Source: Catajapyx aquilonaris (taxonomy: Eukaryota). Taken from it: a DNA stretch of 64,000 nucleotides. Where the stretch lies: the NCBI GenBank assembly GCA_000934665.2, contig KZ538372.1:1-64000 (forward strand), read 5' to 3'. The translations under genes and the position numbers were made by a program. This document shows positions 26,694 through 40,647 of this stretch, in pieces. The stretch's first letter is position 1. Every line of letters begins with the position of its first letter. The notes under the pieces were generated by a model. The model ran no database searches, had not been told where the DNA came from, and saw only the letters and a list, made by a program, of their open reading frames with translations.

Positions 26694-29600
26694 CCGGCCA
26701 CAAAATATATATTTATTGCACTTCCATTGCAATGATAATATTTACTGTAACATACTTTATTTTTTAAATATACAAGCACCAAAATGGTATATTTACTGTG
26801 TATATTGCTAAAATGCTGAGTACGGTATTTTATGCTATAATGCGGGGTATTATTATACTGTATAAATGCAAGATCAATTTTGATAATAAGTAAATTATTT
26901 TACTCTTAATTTCAGTTGACAACATATAAACTGTAAATGGATGGCGGGAAAACATATTGCATTCAGCTATTGTGCATATCTCGAGTGCAATGCCTTTGCA
27001 TATTAATGTATTCCAGAGCACAACTATACTGCTAATATATTGTAAATTGCAACTTTGGAGATTCGCAATGGAGTTACTAACCTTACGCTTTTTAGTCAAA
27101 TGAAATAAATGTGCTATTTTTCAAAAGCAAGTTTAAAATCAGAAAAGCATTATCACACTTTAATACACATTATGCAGAGCTACCAATATTTATACAATCC
27201 AGGAAAGTGAAATGCAAAGACCCCAATCAAAAACAATATACACAGGTGCCCAGAAGTCATCTCAGAACCACATCGGAATATGGAAATTCACCCCAAGTTC
27301 CAGAGTCACGTTTGGCAATCTCGAGCTAAAGAACTGCCCTCTGCATAACGCTTTTCAAAAAGAAAGCTGCCAACGTGACGCAGGAGGAGGAAAGGCGTGA
27401 ATTTCGTCAATATATGGATATGAGCTGACTATCGCGATACCCTGTACAATACAGTATCTCTCGCATCCCTACAAAATCCCAATACTCCATATCGGGCATT
27501 GATTGGCGATAAACACCCCAGCTCAGCACCTCCAGTGGTGCGCTCATGAGAATAATGGGCTGACAATACACCAATCACATTGATTCTTGCTCTATTCACG
27601 GATATATGCAGCGTTTTTATTCTGTGTGCACTGGCCGATGTAAATGGGCGAAGCCTTGATTGGGAAATTAATAAATGTTTGAAGAATTCACTCAGGTTGT
27701 GTTTGCGTTTACTTCTTCCAAATAACACGCAAATGGCGTAGGTATTAGTTTCAGGTATATAGTTCAAGGTTAATTACCCCCAGCAGGGTGTTTACACTCC
27801 TATTTAGTAACATGACGTCGTATTTAAAAGTCTCGAATTAACCCATAATATGGATTTATTAGGACGATTCGGAACCTTTCATCAACCGTACAGTATCTTC
27901 AATATATATAATTATATAATTTTATCATATGGGAGTAATAATGCGATAAATCACTCTTGATACCCTTCTGCCAAGGTTATAATCCTACTCAAAAATCTGG
28001 TTCAGGAAATCTGTGTGGTTTGTGACACCTAAGCACAGTACATTTAAAGAGTGAAATGTATTTTACATCAGCATTTAGGATGTGACGGCCAGGAATATCA
28101 AAACTATATATGTAGATTTTCCTAAAATGACATGGAAAATGTCAGGCAGTAAGTTTACTTCAGTCATATGCTGTAGTCTATGTCGTGGAAGTGTCATTTA
28201 CAAATGGTGAGTGTTTCTGATATCTAGTGGCTACAAGGACACCGAGAGAGAAAAAAAGAAGAATTATGGGTCGTCCCCGATCGTGCCATTTCGGTGAAAA
28301 AGTACTGCATTTCTGCATACGTACTCTACAGTACAATATCATGTAAATTGTAAGGGAAAACGATGTCTACCTTTAATGCATCCATTCCTCTGCGTGTAGC
28401 ATTCTTATGCGACAGTTTAAATGATGTGGAACAAGGAAACGATGACAAAGCATGATGGCTCTTTGTCAAGAAATGTGCAGTAAAATTGCATTCTCATAAA
28501 TGATGGAGTAAACCACTCACAACTTCTTCCCGTACCTTCCTCTCGAGCTGGTAGCTTGGGCAATACACCTCCTCGGACAATGGCATTAGAAAATAATTCA
28601 TTGTTTTTCTGCCTTACGTTTAATATATTCATTCTTAAATCACCTATACCCCTGATGATGACCTACATTGCGAACATGCACTGCTCTATATATGTCAATA
28701 TTCAGAATAAATAGAAATGCTTAACTCTCACATAAAATTTCCACTGAACGAGTCCTACTTTCTGTGCCTGAATCACTGATATTTCGCGACACTTGACGCA
28801 TTCATATAGCTATTGAATTAACGCATTCATCAGTAGCCTAATATGCGTGATGTTCGGCGAATGTTGTCAACTCCATCAAGACATCCTCACCCTGCACATA
28901 GCAGCAGATTTGTTCAGGCTACTGTTGAAGTGCAATGTACAAGTATACAAGGTATTACAGAGTGTCAGAAACTTGACGTCGAAACAATGGACAGGTGTGA
29001 AAATTGAACACCATTTTGTAATATCACACGGGAGGGGACTGCAAGTGAATTCCCAGTGACATTGATCCTAATCAGATTCCAAACACAAGTAAAGTATAGT
29101 AGCTATAAGGTCCACTTTTGAATGTTTGTTTTATTTCAATATACGTAGGTTAAAATCATAAAATATATTGGTCTTCTGTGGCGTAACTTAGCTTGCAGAA
29201 GGAGAATTTCATACAGTAGCCTGCATCACAAGGATGAGATTTCATCGGATTACAGGGTGCTGCTATAATCTTTTTGTTACTGCTCTTTTTATGCTGCAGC
29301 ATAGTATGGGCTGTATCATAAAATCAATATACCGGTAACGCTGGTGGTAATTCTCCAAAACACTGCGCATGAGTTATGATAATGCTGAAGTGTATTTCAC
29401 ACATAATTATGGCACCGGAAACTACTAGTAAATCTGACAGATTAATATCAACCTTGCATCATTCAGTAATTTTGCATTACCAACATCGACCATACATGTT
29501 ATACTACTTGAGTTTCTCAATAAAACATGGGCTTTAATATTCAGTCGATAAATATGTCAAATATAGCTACACCATGCTACCTTATCTCATTCGAATTACA

Positions 29601-32600
29601 AGACACAGTGTCATCCTGCTGATATCTTTAATGTGGATGTTAGGAAGACACGACAGTGCATATTGTCACATACCCTCCCTACATATATGGTCGCAGTGTG
29701 TTGGCGACTATACAGCTAGAGTCCTTCCATTATTCAGATTCCTGCCCATGTCAATAGGCCTTCCGTGCGACATACCCTACTCTACAACTTTCAATGTGCC
29801 ACCCCGGGGAGAACATTGTTCGCTTTTGACAAAACCCTCGCATGACCATAATGAGACTCATAACCATTTATAATGCAACGTTAATGACCGTGCGTTTGGA
29901 GCTTCCCCCCCCCCCCCTTTTCCACCCCCTTTGGGCCTTTTACACGAATTCCCTCTGCCCAACTTTTCCCACCCATTCGGGTTCTTAAGCGACCTGAGGC
30001 CACATTACCGCCATTTGCCCATCTTTTCAACATCACCGGGCATCCTTTTGTTAAGCTACTCCGCACAATTGGGTCGTAAAATGTGGCAGGTCCGGGAGGG
30101 GCGGCACGCGGTCTTTTCAATCTGGTAATGAAATGTATATTCTGGCAGCCCCTGTTTCCGGACAGGAAGAGCCATTTCCGAGTGGAGGTTAAAAAATGGC
30201 GTCGCATGCAAGAGCACGTGCTCCGCGTGCATTCCGCGTGGTGGAGTGGCCCGAAGGAAGAGGCGACACCAGGTCCTCTGGTGGGGAGAACCTCAATGCT
30301 TTTCCATGCCCTACATCTGCTCGCATCCCAAGCCAGGCAACTGATTACAACAGCTCTTTTTTCCACCGACAAAGGAGTCAAAATTGTGCCATGACGCCCT
30401 TGTTTTCCCATGGCAAACACGGGTGTGTTATCGCATGTCAGTCAACTCTTGTCAGCAGGGCTAGTCCATTTTCTGCGGACCTATTGATCAGCAACAGGCC
30501 TGAGGTTATTGATGTGGTCAGAAAGTTTTCTGTACCCTAATGGGTCGGAAAGGATTTTTAAAAATCACTTTAATTCGCCTACCATGATGTTTAGACTCTC
30601 GGTGTTCGTACTATCGCGGCTGCATTTTAAAGCAAGCGCCTGGCAACAGATGGGAGGCCATGGCAGGAAGCGCGCCTCTTGCAGTTTCCCAACGTTAGGG
30701 TGTGACTTCACACTCTTTGGTCCTCACACGAGTTGTCACCCTTTGTTCCATTAAGTGCAATTAATCCATTCCGTAATAGACATCGTATGCAATGCAATCA
30801 GAGTGTGTATGCAGAGCGGAACATAAAAAGAGGGGAGGTTCATCGTAAAAATATTGTTCCTTCTCCAGTAAATATGTTTTACACTGTATATGTCACATCA
30901 TTACAGGGAACGAGCGACAATGTCCACACTGACAAAATTATATGACTCTGTCTGCTCGTCAAAAGCCGTGTTTGCTCGACTGTAGGCAAAGCTTGGCAAT
31001 GGCGTTCTAATGCGCGCATTCACTTCGTCGCTTTCATTTTTAGCTCTACACAGAAAGAGCTTAAAAGCACCAGCTTTTAACCCACAAAAGGGTCCAACAT
31101 TGAGGAATATCATTCCAGCCCTCCAGCATTAAACAGCAGGTCAAAGCAATATACAAACAGTCCATGCAATATTATTGAATCCGAGTCACATTTAAGTCAA
31201 ATATGAATTAGGTATTGTGTGATTTAGTTCTTAACATTTGCTAAAAATGACTATTGAATGTTCAAACCGCCATCTCAATGTGAAGCTGTCATGAGACAAA
31301 CATCTTGCCCAATAGGAAGCCGGCAAAAATATTTGCGAAATGATTCCGTCATTCTTTTTCGAGAAAATCATGCTCACATTTTTATTTATACCTGTGTGAG
31401 AAAATTAACCTTTTCTGGCCAATGATGTTCACAAGTCGCATACTTTTTGAATGATTAGAGCTTCTTAGAAAAAGAGAAGACGGATTCCCCTCGCTGCAGT
31501 GGGTGTTGCTTCCATGGCCCCAAGCCAGGTATCCGGGATAGAAGTTTACCATGCTGATGACCAAAATAGAATCATGCCTTCGGACGGAAGAAGTCGTCAA
31601 GCACTTCCTCCATGCGGGATCTAGAAGAATCCAATAGGTTTTTCGGGGAGGGGGACAAGCGTGGCGCACTCAGATCCTTTCCTTTTAAGGGTGCTGTTGC
31701 TTCAAGTGGTAGGATATTTCAAATGGCAACTACTTGAGAACTGGAATTTTTGAAAGAAAGATATTGCCAAGTTGGGTTGCACGACACGGTTGGGTAGAGC
31801 CGAGCTGTACTCAAGAATTGATATGGCTTTTATTGCCTCTGATAATGGTCAATGAAGTGCGACATAAAGGGGCTATAGTTGCCGCTCTCCTGCTGCTCGC
31901 TCGATACATTTTTTAAACCCCCGCTGATTTTCCTGTCGTCGACCTCACACCTCGCACGTGCAAGCTCCTGTATTTCATAACCTTGATTTCAGTGGAATTT
32001 TATGGTCGCTGGGTTAGTTTGTGGCCGGTTGATTTTGGCGTGAAAGGCATTTGCTTCTATAGGCAGCGTAATGATAAAATCAATATGGCGTTAACTTGGG
32101 CGCCCAGTTTCTATTTTGCAAACAGGAATTTCAGCATCCAAAAATTGTATATAGCCATATTGTATGCCACTGAACCCTGTGAAATCAGGCGGTATAAGCA
32201 ACGAACCGAATGTTATTTTCTTTGGCATCCTCTTTCATCGTTTGCTGTGGGCTGTATACAAGCCATTAATTACATTGTCCAACAGAAACTAAAAACACAT
32301 AAGCCCTCGCTGTGACAAACGAGCCTGACGAAATGCCATGCACTCTGGAAACACTGACAGCTGTCAATGAACTCGAGCCTTACCACACATAATCGTCAAC
32401 ATTGCTTATATTCTGATGACTGTGCCTATAGCTATAAAGTCGTGTAATTTGGCTGCCACATTTGAACACTAAGCTCGCACCGTGTAATTCCATTTGGATG
32501 TTCAAGTTCATATTTTTTATCGATTCACGTGCGAAAATTTACAGCAAGTAGAGTGCGGTGCACGGGGAAACCCTGGGGAAAAGGCAAAGCCATGCCAAAG

Positions 32601-33804
32601 GGCCTCCGGATTTTAAACGTTTATGTCACCTTCTTTTCAGTTCGCTTTTAATTAGTGGGCTGGAGCAGGAGTTTCCAGGGCACTAATTCATCCCCTTCCT
32701 AAGTACAGCCCTGATAAGATGAGTCCCTCGAGGCCGCGAGAAGATGAACGCAAATGATGCCCACACCCGGCTTTGATAATCACGGGCCACTAAACTGTCC
32801 AAAGAATTTGCGTACGCTCCCATTGTCCTATTTTTTATGCAAGCATAAACCGCGCTTTCTCTAGGAAAAAGATGTCATGAATTTTGCTGGCTGGAATATT
32901 TGAAAATGTGGACCACTAGGCGCAGTGATTCTCACTTTTAGGAGGAATCCATAGGGGAAGCCTGTCTTCTTCCTAGGTGAGAAAGTCTGCCTGGAAATGG
33001 CCCCATAGCAAATAAAGCTGAGGCTGCAGAAACATCGCGGAATTAGATTTTCACCGGATCGGGAATATATGAATACCAGTTCAAACCTTGGTCGCCCACA
33101 AAAGAGCACATGCAGGCGGAATTTCTTCTGAAGTATGCAGTTTACTCCCTCAAGCCCTTTGATTCCAATACAATGTGTAACAATCGTCGCATTTTTGTAG
33201 CTAAATGTGGGCTATACCCGGGTATTGTATTAACAAAAGGCAACCATTTGAAGAGGGCCGACAGGTAAAATGGGTTCTAAAAGCAAGCTGCGGTAGGCCC
33301 AACACCCTTTTCCTCGGATAGACTCAGCTACTTGAAAACTATCTCGGCTGCTCTTATCTCGATTAACCCCTTTATAAAGACTTGTTCTAAACTTTGGACG
33401 CCGAATCGATGACGTGAAGACTCGGGCGCCCCCAATTTTTAAAATCCGCTCGGCCTCCCAACTTATTCCAAGAAAAAGTATCGGAAACGCGACCGGGATC
33501 GGGTAGCAAGGAGAAGGAGTCTCCCGGAAGGTGATAGTTTGGATCCAGCATTGATTTTATCCCCTTAAAAACCGGATGATGGACACATAATCTTGTTCTG
33601 GCTCCGGGCCCATGATACCTATCGTATCCGGGCAAGTAGAGCCATTACCTAAGCGCCAATATCTTAATGGAAATGCGTGGCTGCAACTCTAGGTGAAAGG
33701 TGGGTATGCCTGTTTGATCCTGCTTAATGCTGCGAATCGATATGGTCTAGACATGATGTTATCCCAAATCGAACATGGATATCAAAAATCACAATATGTT
33801 GCAT

Positions 33805-33880
33805 AAAAATATAACAATTTTCAAGAAAAAAATATAACAATTTTCAAGAAAAAAATATAACAATTTTCAAGAAAAAAATA
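33805..33880. repeat. Tandem repeat, 23-bp unit x about 3.3
   Basis: TATAACAATTTTCAAGAAAAAAA is repeated identically at 33810, 33833 and 33856. Confidence 0.92.
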
Positions 33881-35569
33881 CAATATACCGAGCGGAAGCA
33901 CTACAGGTGTGAGATCTATATATGGAGAGCAAAGTGCGTAGGGCAAGGGCAATGATCAGTATGAATCCAGAACCTCCTTTGTCCCTGGAGAAATTACACG
34001 TATGGATAGCGACCAGTCGCCAACTTCATCCAGACTGCAGCAGATGCTCGCGGTATCGTATTACTTGTGAATTATTTCTAAAACGCTGTAGGGAGTTAAT
34101 TACAGATCCGCCTCGAAAACCAAAGTTACATTCTCAGGCTGGGTCTCAAGGGAGACCAGCAGCCGCCGACGTACGAGCCTTCATGAATATTGTAGGGACC
34201 CAAAATTCGCACAAAATTTATATAAGGTCCAGAACTTTAGGAAGTTCACAAATGAAGCACAACTGGAGGGACATATTTTTTTCATATTTTATGCAAGAAT
34301 GCAATATGGTGTACTGATGCCTACTGTGAGGAAATCGTCAGGTCCACTGACGTACCAAGCACTGTTATTTGGTTACCGCAGGAAATTGCCGTGAAACGTC
34401 TGGAAATGGGGTTTGCAAATTATTTAGTAGCATCGAGGTAACCCGTCCAGCAGGCCTTGTATTGTAGTCAATGGGCGCAATTTTCTTAGTTTAAACAAAA
34501 GTTTCTATTGTGACTCTAGAATATAGTAGTGTAGCAGTCTGTATCAATATTATAAGATATTAATTAATATTAATGCTTCCATATTATACCTTCTAAGACT
34601 TATATGAATAGCAAATATTTTGTTGCAACTGCAGCTTACAAGGCAAATACATTCTTTACAAAAAATAATATGCAAGTGGGCATGACACAGAGTAGCCTAC
34701 ATATGAATTTGCGGTTACTTCTACAGGTACAGCACCTGCATTCTTCATAACCCTCCTGCGAGAGTCTTCAGATCATGGTATTTCATAATGCGAATTTGTG
34801 TGCCATTGGCTTTCAAAAGCTGGCCCCAAGGTTGGAACTGATAAACAGGCACAATTTTTTCCGAGATAAAAACCGCACCAGTACCAAGTTATTTACGGTG
34901 CAGTTATAAAGTCGGTTCGCGTCAGTAACTTTATATCTTACATTTTCGTATTCAATGAGCTACACACTTAGCATATTAAAAGCCTGCTTGTCATGGCGAA
35001 GTTTCAAACTGGCCGTTAGCAAACCTCCGTTGCTGTAGCTACACCTGTATGAAAGTAGCAGTGTGTGTCTCAGGGTATCGGAAAAGCATGTCAGAAATAT
35101 TACAAAATATACCGTAATAATTACGTTCGACTTTAAGCCAGATCATTATCCAGTGTAGAGCGTATAATATAGTGCACCTTATATTAAAACATGAAAACCC
35201 GTAGATTCGTAGAATATCAATGTTCAATTTATGGCATTGTTATTTTCCCTTCATTTTCTATGTAGCACACTGCAAATTACAGATACGTTTTCCCTATACC
35301 CAAAATAATATGTATTCAGTATAGTTTCCTTGACGCTTTCGTGCAGCTGACCTGATTCAAATTACAAGCCTCTGCATTCAAAATCATAAGCCTTGGATCA
35401 ATCTTCCTCCTTTGATGTGTCAGTTACTGCCGTGGTAATCAAGGCCTTTATTTGTATGAGATTACTGCTATTCAAACACCGTGTCTCACATGTAATTCAG
35501 AGTATCCAGGAAACGTGAGCTCTCCACTATCTACTTTGATTAATAAGGTAATTGTATTGGTCTAACATA

Positions 35570-35842
35570 GGGCGACACGGTGGCCGAGTGGTTAGCGCCG
35601 CAGCCTTCCACCTCTGAAGTCCCGAGTTCGATCCCCGGGTCGGTCGGAGGATACTTATGAGGGTAGAGCTTCGATGGGTTCTCACTTCTCTCCGTGTTCG
35701 GGTGGTTTTCTCGGGGTTCTCCCGTTTCCTCCCATAATAAAAAATCCATCACAGCGCAGGAAATGATTCAAGTTGATGAATGAAAAGATGATCCCCTATA
35801 AGAGGCCGTAGGAGGCCTATCACGGAGTATCCATTATTACTA
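35570..35842 (+). mobile_element. tRNA-derived SINE (tRNA-Gly-like head) with a V-SINE-like central domain, full length with TSD
   Basis: A box TGGCCGAGTGG and B box AGTTCGATCCC. The central GGTTTTCTCGGGGTTCTCCCGTTTCCTCCCA resembles the V-domain core. It has a 3' stem-loop, an (ATT)n-like tail, and a 10-bp TSD GTCTAACATA at 35560-35569 and 35843-35852. Confidence 0.88.
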
Positions 35843-38800
35843 GTCTAACATATATACACATGTTCGTGGAAAACAAGACCGGATGTGTATAGAGTATAGG
35901 TTCAACTTTTGCATAATATTCCTCAACAATTGAAATACAATATTCTTCTGCATTAAAATGTTACAATGTGGTATAGTATATTCTAAGCGATCTTTAACAT
36001 TTAGAGAATGTTACATAAAAATGTCGTAACCTAAGGAATCCCATTTATTGCCTTTTTATACATCAGCAAATAAGCTGCATTTTCACTCTTGCCAGAATTA
36101 GATAAAAGCTTTTGGTCACACATCACGTGAGGTATGATACAATACTATACCTGCTTAATTATTGAATTATAGGATCATACTATTTGTTTCACAACTAAAA
36201 TGGGAAAAAGATGTGACAGTTGAAGTCCTGAAGAAGTTGAGTCCGTGGAAGAAAGCATCCTTCGCAGTCACTTGAATCATTTCGAATCCCGACGTTAGAG
36301 TCACAAAGCCATAATGACTTTCAGTCGTCCTCCAGATAATTTCTGTCTACACGAGTGGATAACTTCATTTCTCCAGAACTGTAAACAACCGCAAATTATA
36401 GGGAAGTCCTAATCTCAGACCAACAGTATATACCCTTACATCCGGAAGAACATTGGGGAGAGAGAAAAAACTAAACAAAAAGTACTGTATGCTACCAGCA
36501 GGGTCGCCATCCGGTCCCATTAAAGCTTTCTTCTAGAGCAGGCATCTTTCTTCCAAGTTTGGAAAGTAGCGCTTGGAAGATAGACTAAATAAATTTGAAC
36601 TCTCTTAGAAGCACTTGGCAGGGCAGATAAAAGCTCAATTTTTTTCTTTCTCTCTCTCCTTCCCTGCACTGCATCAGCGTTCGACGGACTTCCATTTGGA
36701 AAGAAAGAATATACATGCGCGAGAAAAAAAAATTCCATCGGAAAAAGGAACCGTATTATATTCGCAAATGCACCAAGCTGCATTTTCGTTTCCATATATT
36801 GCATTAAAACTTTCGCTTTTTTATCCCCCAGTCGTCTCTCTGCTTTTTAGGCCATGGCGCAGCTTTGCCAGAGGAGGATATCCTTTCTCATAATCAGAGA
36901 ATTTAGCACTCTCTAAGGAATGGAAGTCCCGCACTCACCGCCGGTAAATTCTGTATAGAGAGCGTTAAATTACATCAAGGAACAAGTTGGCCTCCTGCCG
37001 TGAGTTTCATCTCCTCAACACTTGTTGTAAAGCCTCAAACTGCTTTCGCACAAGGAAGAATATGTATGGTTGCGCATCTAGTCAACAATGGCTGCTTGGG
37101 AAATGTGCTAAATGCTGTGCGAAAGAATTTCAGGGGAGGTCCAAGAAAGATGGCAGTTAATCACTGCCTCCATATTTCACCAGGAAACATATGCCGTAAA
37201 TCCAGATGCAGGAAAGCTACTTTGCTCTATTCCTTTTTGCAGGAATGATTGCTCCGGCAGCAGACGAGGTCCCAGAATCGACTCGGAGAGAACCCGAGGT
37301 CGCTGTCCCCATTATTCCAACCTAAGACGTGTTTGCAAAGTCAAGTTGAGATAGCTCCCTTTTGTCAGAACCTAGCTTGATTGAAGACATCACTTTTTAT
37401 AGCACCCCCTTCTTCCCCACACATAATTCGCTATTATTTTCAACAAATTTTTGTAAACTATTCCGAGCATTTTTTTGGAGTAAGCTATTGCCGCACCGAT
37501 TACGGCAGCGTGTCGTAACATGGAAAACAACATACCGGTAATCGGATTGTACTATTGTAACTAGGCTTGCTATTTATGCACCGCGACTGTAACCAAGGGC
37601 TTACCTGATGCCAAATCTGAGTCTTGGCAACTTTATCCAGTCACCGCACCCGAAGAAGCAAATAAGTGCAAGCTGATGAAGCGTGAATCCTTTGTTCAGT
37701 ATAGGCCATTATGTGGATCCCAGCCATGGAGAAGAAGAAAAAATTGCGCCCTTGTCCTTGATACTGCCGGCAATAAATCTAGTAGTTTTGTAAGCTCCTG
37801 CAGCAATCCACTTCGATTTCCGGCCCTGTGTGTTTGGGCCAGGAAGAAAAAGTGACTTCAGCCTTTTGATAACCATAAGTTAAAGTAAATGGTCGGATCG
37901 TCCTTGAAGAGAGCTGAAATCAGGGCACAACAGTTGTAACGAGCTGACGCAGTGGTGCTGCACAAGGGCTGGAATTAATAAACCACCAAAAACTGTCACT
38001 TTCAACACTACAACAACATAATTGCAAATAAATCACTTCAATTTTTAACACTTAAATCATAAATTACTGAAAATAATATGCGTAACAAAATTATTTTCAC
38101 TATACCAGTTCATGTTGATCTGAAGGGTTTCCATGAAAAAATGCAAAGCATTGAACGGATAACGGTCCGTATTTTTTTGTACAAAATCTTAAAATCCTGG
38201 TTTTGTATGCAAAAGGAGCGTCTCCTGTTTTCCTTAGAAAATGGGGGAACTCCGGAGATTAATTTTTTTCTGTGCCGTCACCCTTCACACTGCACAGCCT
38301 CATAAGGGCGCAAATTCGTTTTATTAAGTTTCCTCCTTTTTTTGATTCTGACCTGCTAAGTCAGACCCCAAAACGCCAGTCACATTTTTCAGCGAGGATT
38401 CCTCCTTGTCAGTCTTGTCGACTCCCTTGCTCCCTGAAACTAGCTAGTAAAAATCAGAGTGTTATTTTTAAACCCTGTGAATGCCGTACTATAGCATCAC
38501 CCTCATATACAGCCAAGGAGTGGCTTCGCACTTTTCCTTTTTTTTCCTTTCAAGTAATAATTCCTTCCAGCACATGCTCTCAACTCAGGAACACACGTTC
38601 CAAATGGCCCTGGACGCTAATATACTGCGCTGCAACGAAAGCAATCTCTAGTTAGCTTTAAATCAAGTTTCAAAATCATCCGGGGGGGGAGGAAATTTTG
38701 GGGAGCTGTTAAATGCAAGTGTCAGAAAAAAATTCCGATAAAGGGTGATATCACTCTGGAGGAATCTGAGCAGCGTAAAATTCTTCTCAAGTCCCCAGAT

Positions 38801-40525
38801 GGATTACATCCAAGGGTCGGCGGTTATTTCCAGCTCTGGCTGGCAGCAAGCAAGACACAGTACACTCGACCCCGAAGTCTTCCGCAGCAACTTGCTGTGG
38901 TATCTCATGATTAATGCATTGGGTTTCATCAGGCTGCGCCATGCGTTTCTATTGCCCTCGGATCGAGTCTTGATTCAACTCCCACACCATCCTGCAATCA
39001 CTTGTGTCCTCAAGCATAAAAAGAAGGCATCGGTTGTGTTCGCTCCTTTCTTATTCACGCTGAGCTCTGCGTTTGTTTGTTTCCTGCAAATAGTTTGTTG
39101 CTTTTCCGGACTCAGTTGGTTTCGTTTATATACTTGAGTAGCGATAATTTATTCCTTATGCGATGTAAGGGTGACTTACTCAAGATTCATTTGGAAGGCG
39201 TGATGTGCACAAAATCTTTGAGGACACATGTTCTTATACCAAAGTTACTCTATACGCTCCTAAAGTTTGTGCACAGCCTTTTGAATCACCCTGTATACAG
39301 ATGCAACTAAAGCCTGTTCCCTGCTTTAAAACTCGCTTGAAAAAAAACTGGCTAGGAATGTGCCTTGACAACGTTTATTTTGCTGTAAAAAGGTATGTTT
39401 ATAGTGGGCGTTTCAGTGTCACGGCTTTAGTTTTTAGTGTCTAAGGCAATCTTGAGTAAGCAGCAGTATTTACGTTTCCCGTACCCGCGGGAGGCTAGTC
39501 AAATAGCTCGGATTATGGGTACTGCGCACATTTCATGCAAATGATATCAATGAAGCCCAAGTTGGAGCACCCAGGGTGGAACCAGATCGCCATCACAAAA
39601 CTAGGGGCCGGGACCCGAGCCATTTCCGAGATTAAAACACAGAACTGGTTGGAAATCCGGAATCAGTTTAATCCTGGAAATGTACTCGTCGTCGATGTAT
39701 CGACTGGGGCACGTGGTCGTACAGCGGGAAATAATTAAACCTATCCACTGGATTAGATACATCCTAACGGCCCTCCCTTGGTCTATCCCCCGCGGGGTCG
39801 AAAGGTCAATATAAAGTGCAGGAAAGGATCGGTTTGATAGATATACGACGCCTAGAGTGGTTTCGGAAATGACAAGCGTGGGTGTAGAAGAGATTGAATT
39901 GATAAGATGAGGAGGAAAAAAAATCGCGGTTGGTTCCTACAGTGAGCGATTTTGAAGGAAGGGCCAATCGATGCTTAAGAGGCGATTGGCCCTCTCACTA
40001 TTTTTTTTTTTATTCGCTTCTTCCCGCTAGCGTAAAGTCAGCTAGCTGCAAATCTGGAGGCTGTCGTTTATGGGGTGCTTTTTAGGTGATTTTGGCGCCT
40101 ACCCCCTCTCTTCTCACCCTTTTTTGCACCCGGGCTACTATCGTCCTCCTTTGAAATATTCGGCATTGACATCCCACAAGCGGAAATGAAACTGAGTTGT
40201 GGAAATATGACGAAGCTGCTCTCCATTGTGGCTTTTTTTTCAGAGATAATGATAGCAAGCGACGCGTGAACGTACGATTGCTACAAATGAAAGGTTGGAG
40301 AGCGTCTCCAAAATGGGGTTTTCCATATTCAGCAGGGTAGCAAGATAGATTGGTAGATTTTCCCACCTTTTTCCAAATTTATCTACGTAAGTAGGAGAAA
40401 TAAGAGGCTATGTTGCGTAAATGTGTGTGTAAGTGTCAGTTGGCATTAAAGGCAGCTTTGCTAGAAATTTAGGAGTGTAGTGACAAAGGGGACGAGCCAG
40501 GCCTAGCTAGGCCTAGCTCCATGTG

Positions 40526-40647
40526 GTACAGTACTGGACATATTAGCAGTCCCTAAATGTTTCCTTAGTTGCCAGGTAATTCCAGCGCCTCCTATGTCGA
40601 AAAATAAACATTTAGGGACTGCTAATACAGTATGTCCAGCATTGTAC
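40526..40647. mobile_element. Small MITE-like element with nested inverted repeats
   Basis: A perfect 22-bp inverted repeat TATTAGCAGTCCCTAAATGTTT (40541-40562 and 40606-40627) is flanked by an outer 15/17 inverted repeat, GTACAGTACTGGACATA / TATGTCCAGCATTGTAC. Confidence 0.7.

Noticed and set aside
33805..33880. CRISPR-like array (also considered for 49561-49795)
   Set aside because: The units are tandem without regular unique spacers, there are no cas genes, and the context is eukaryotic.
35570..35645. tRNA gene
   Set aside because: It has A and B boxes but no proper acceptor stem, and it continues into a SINE body with tail and TSD. The same applies to the head at about 26615-26693.
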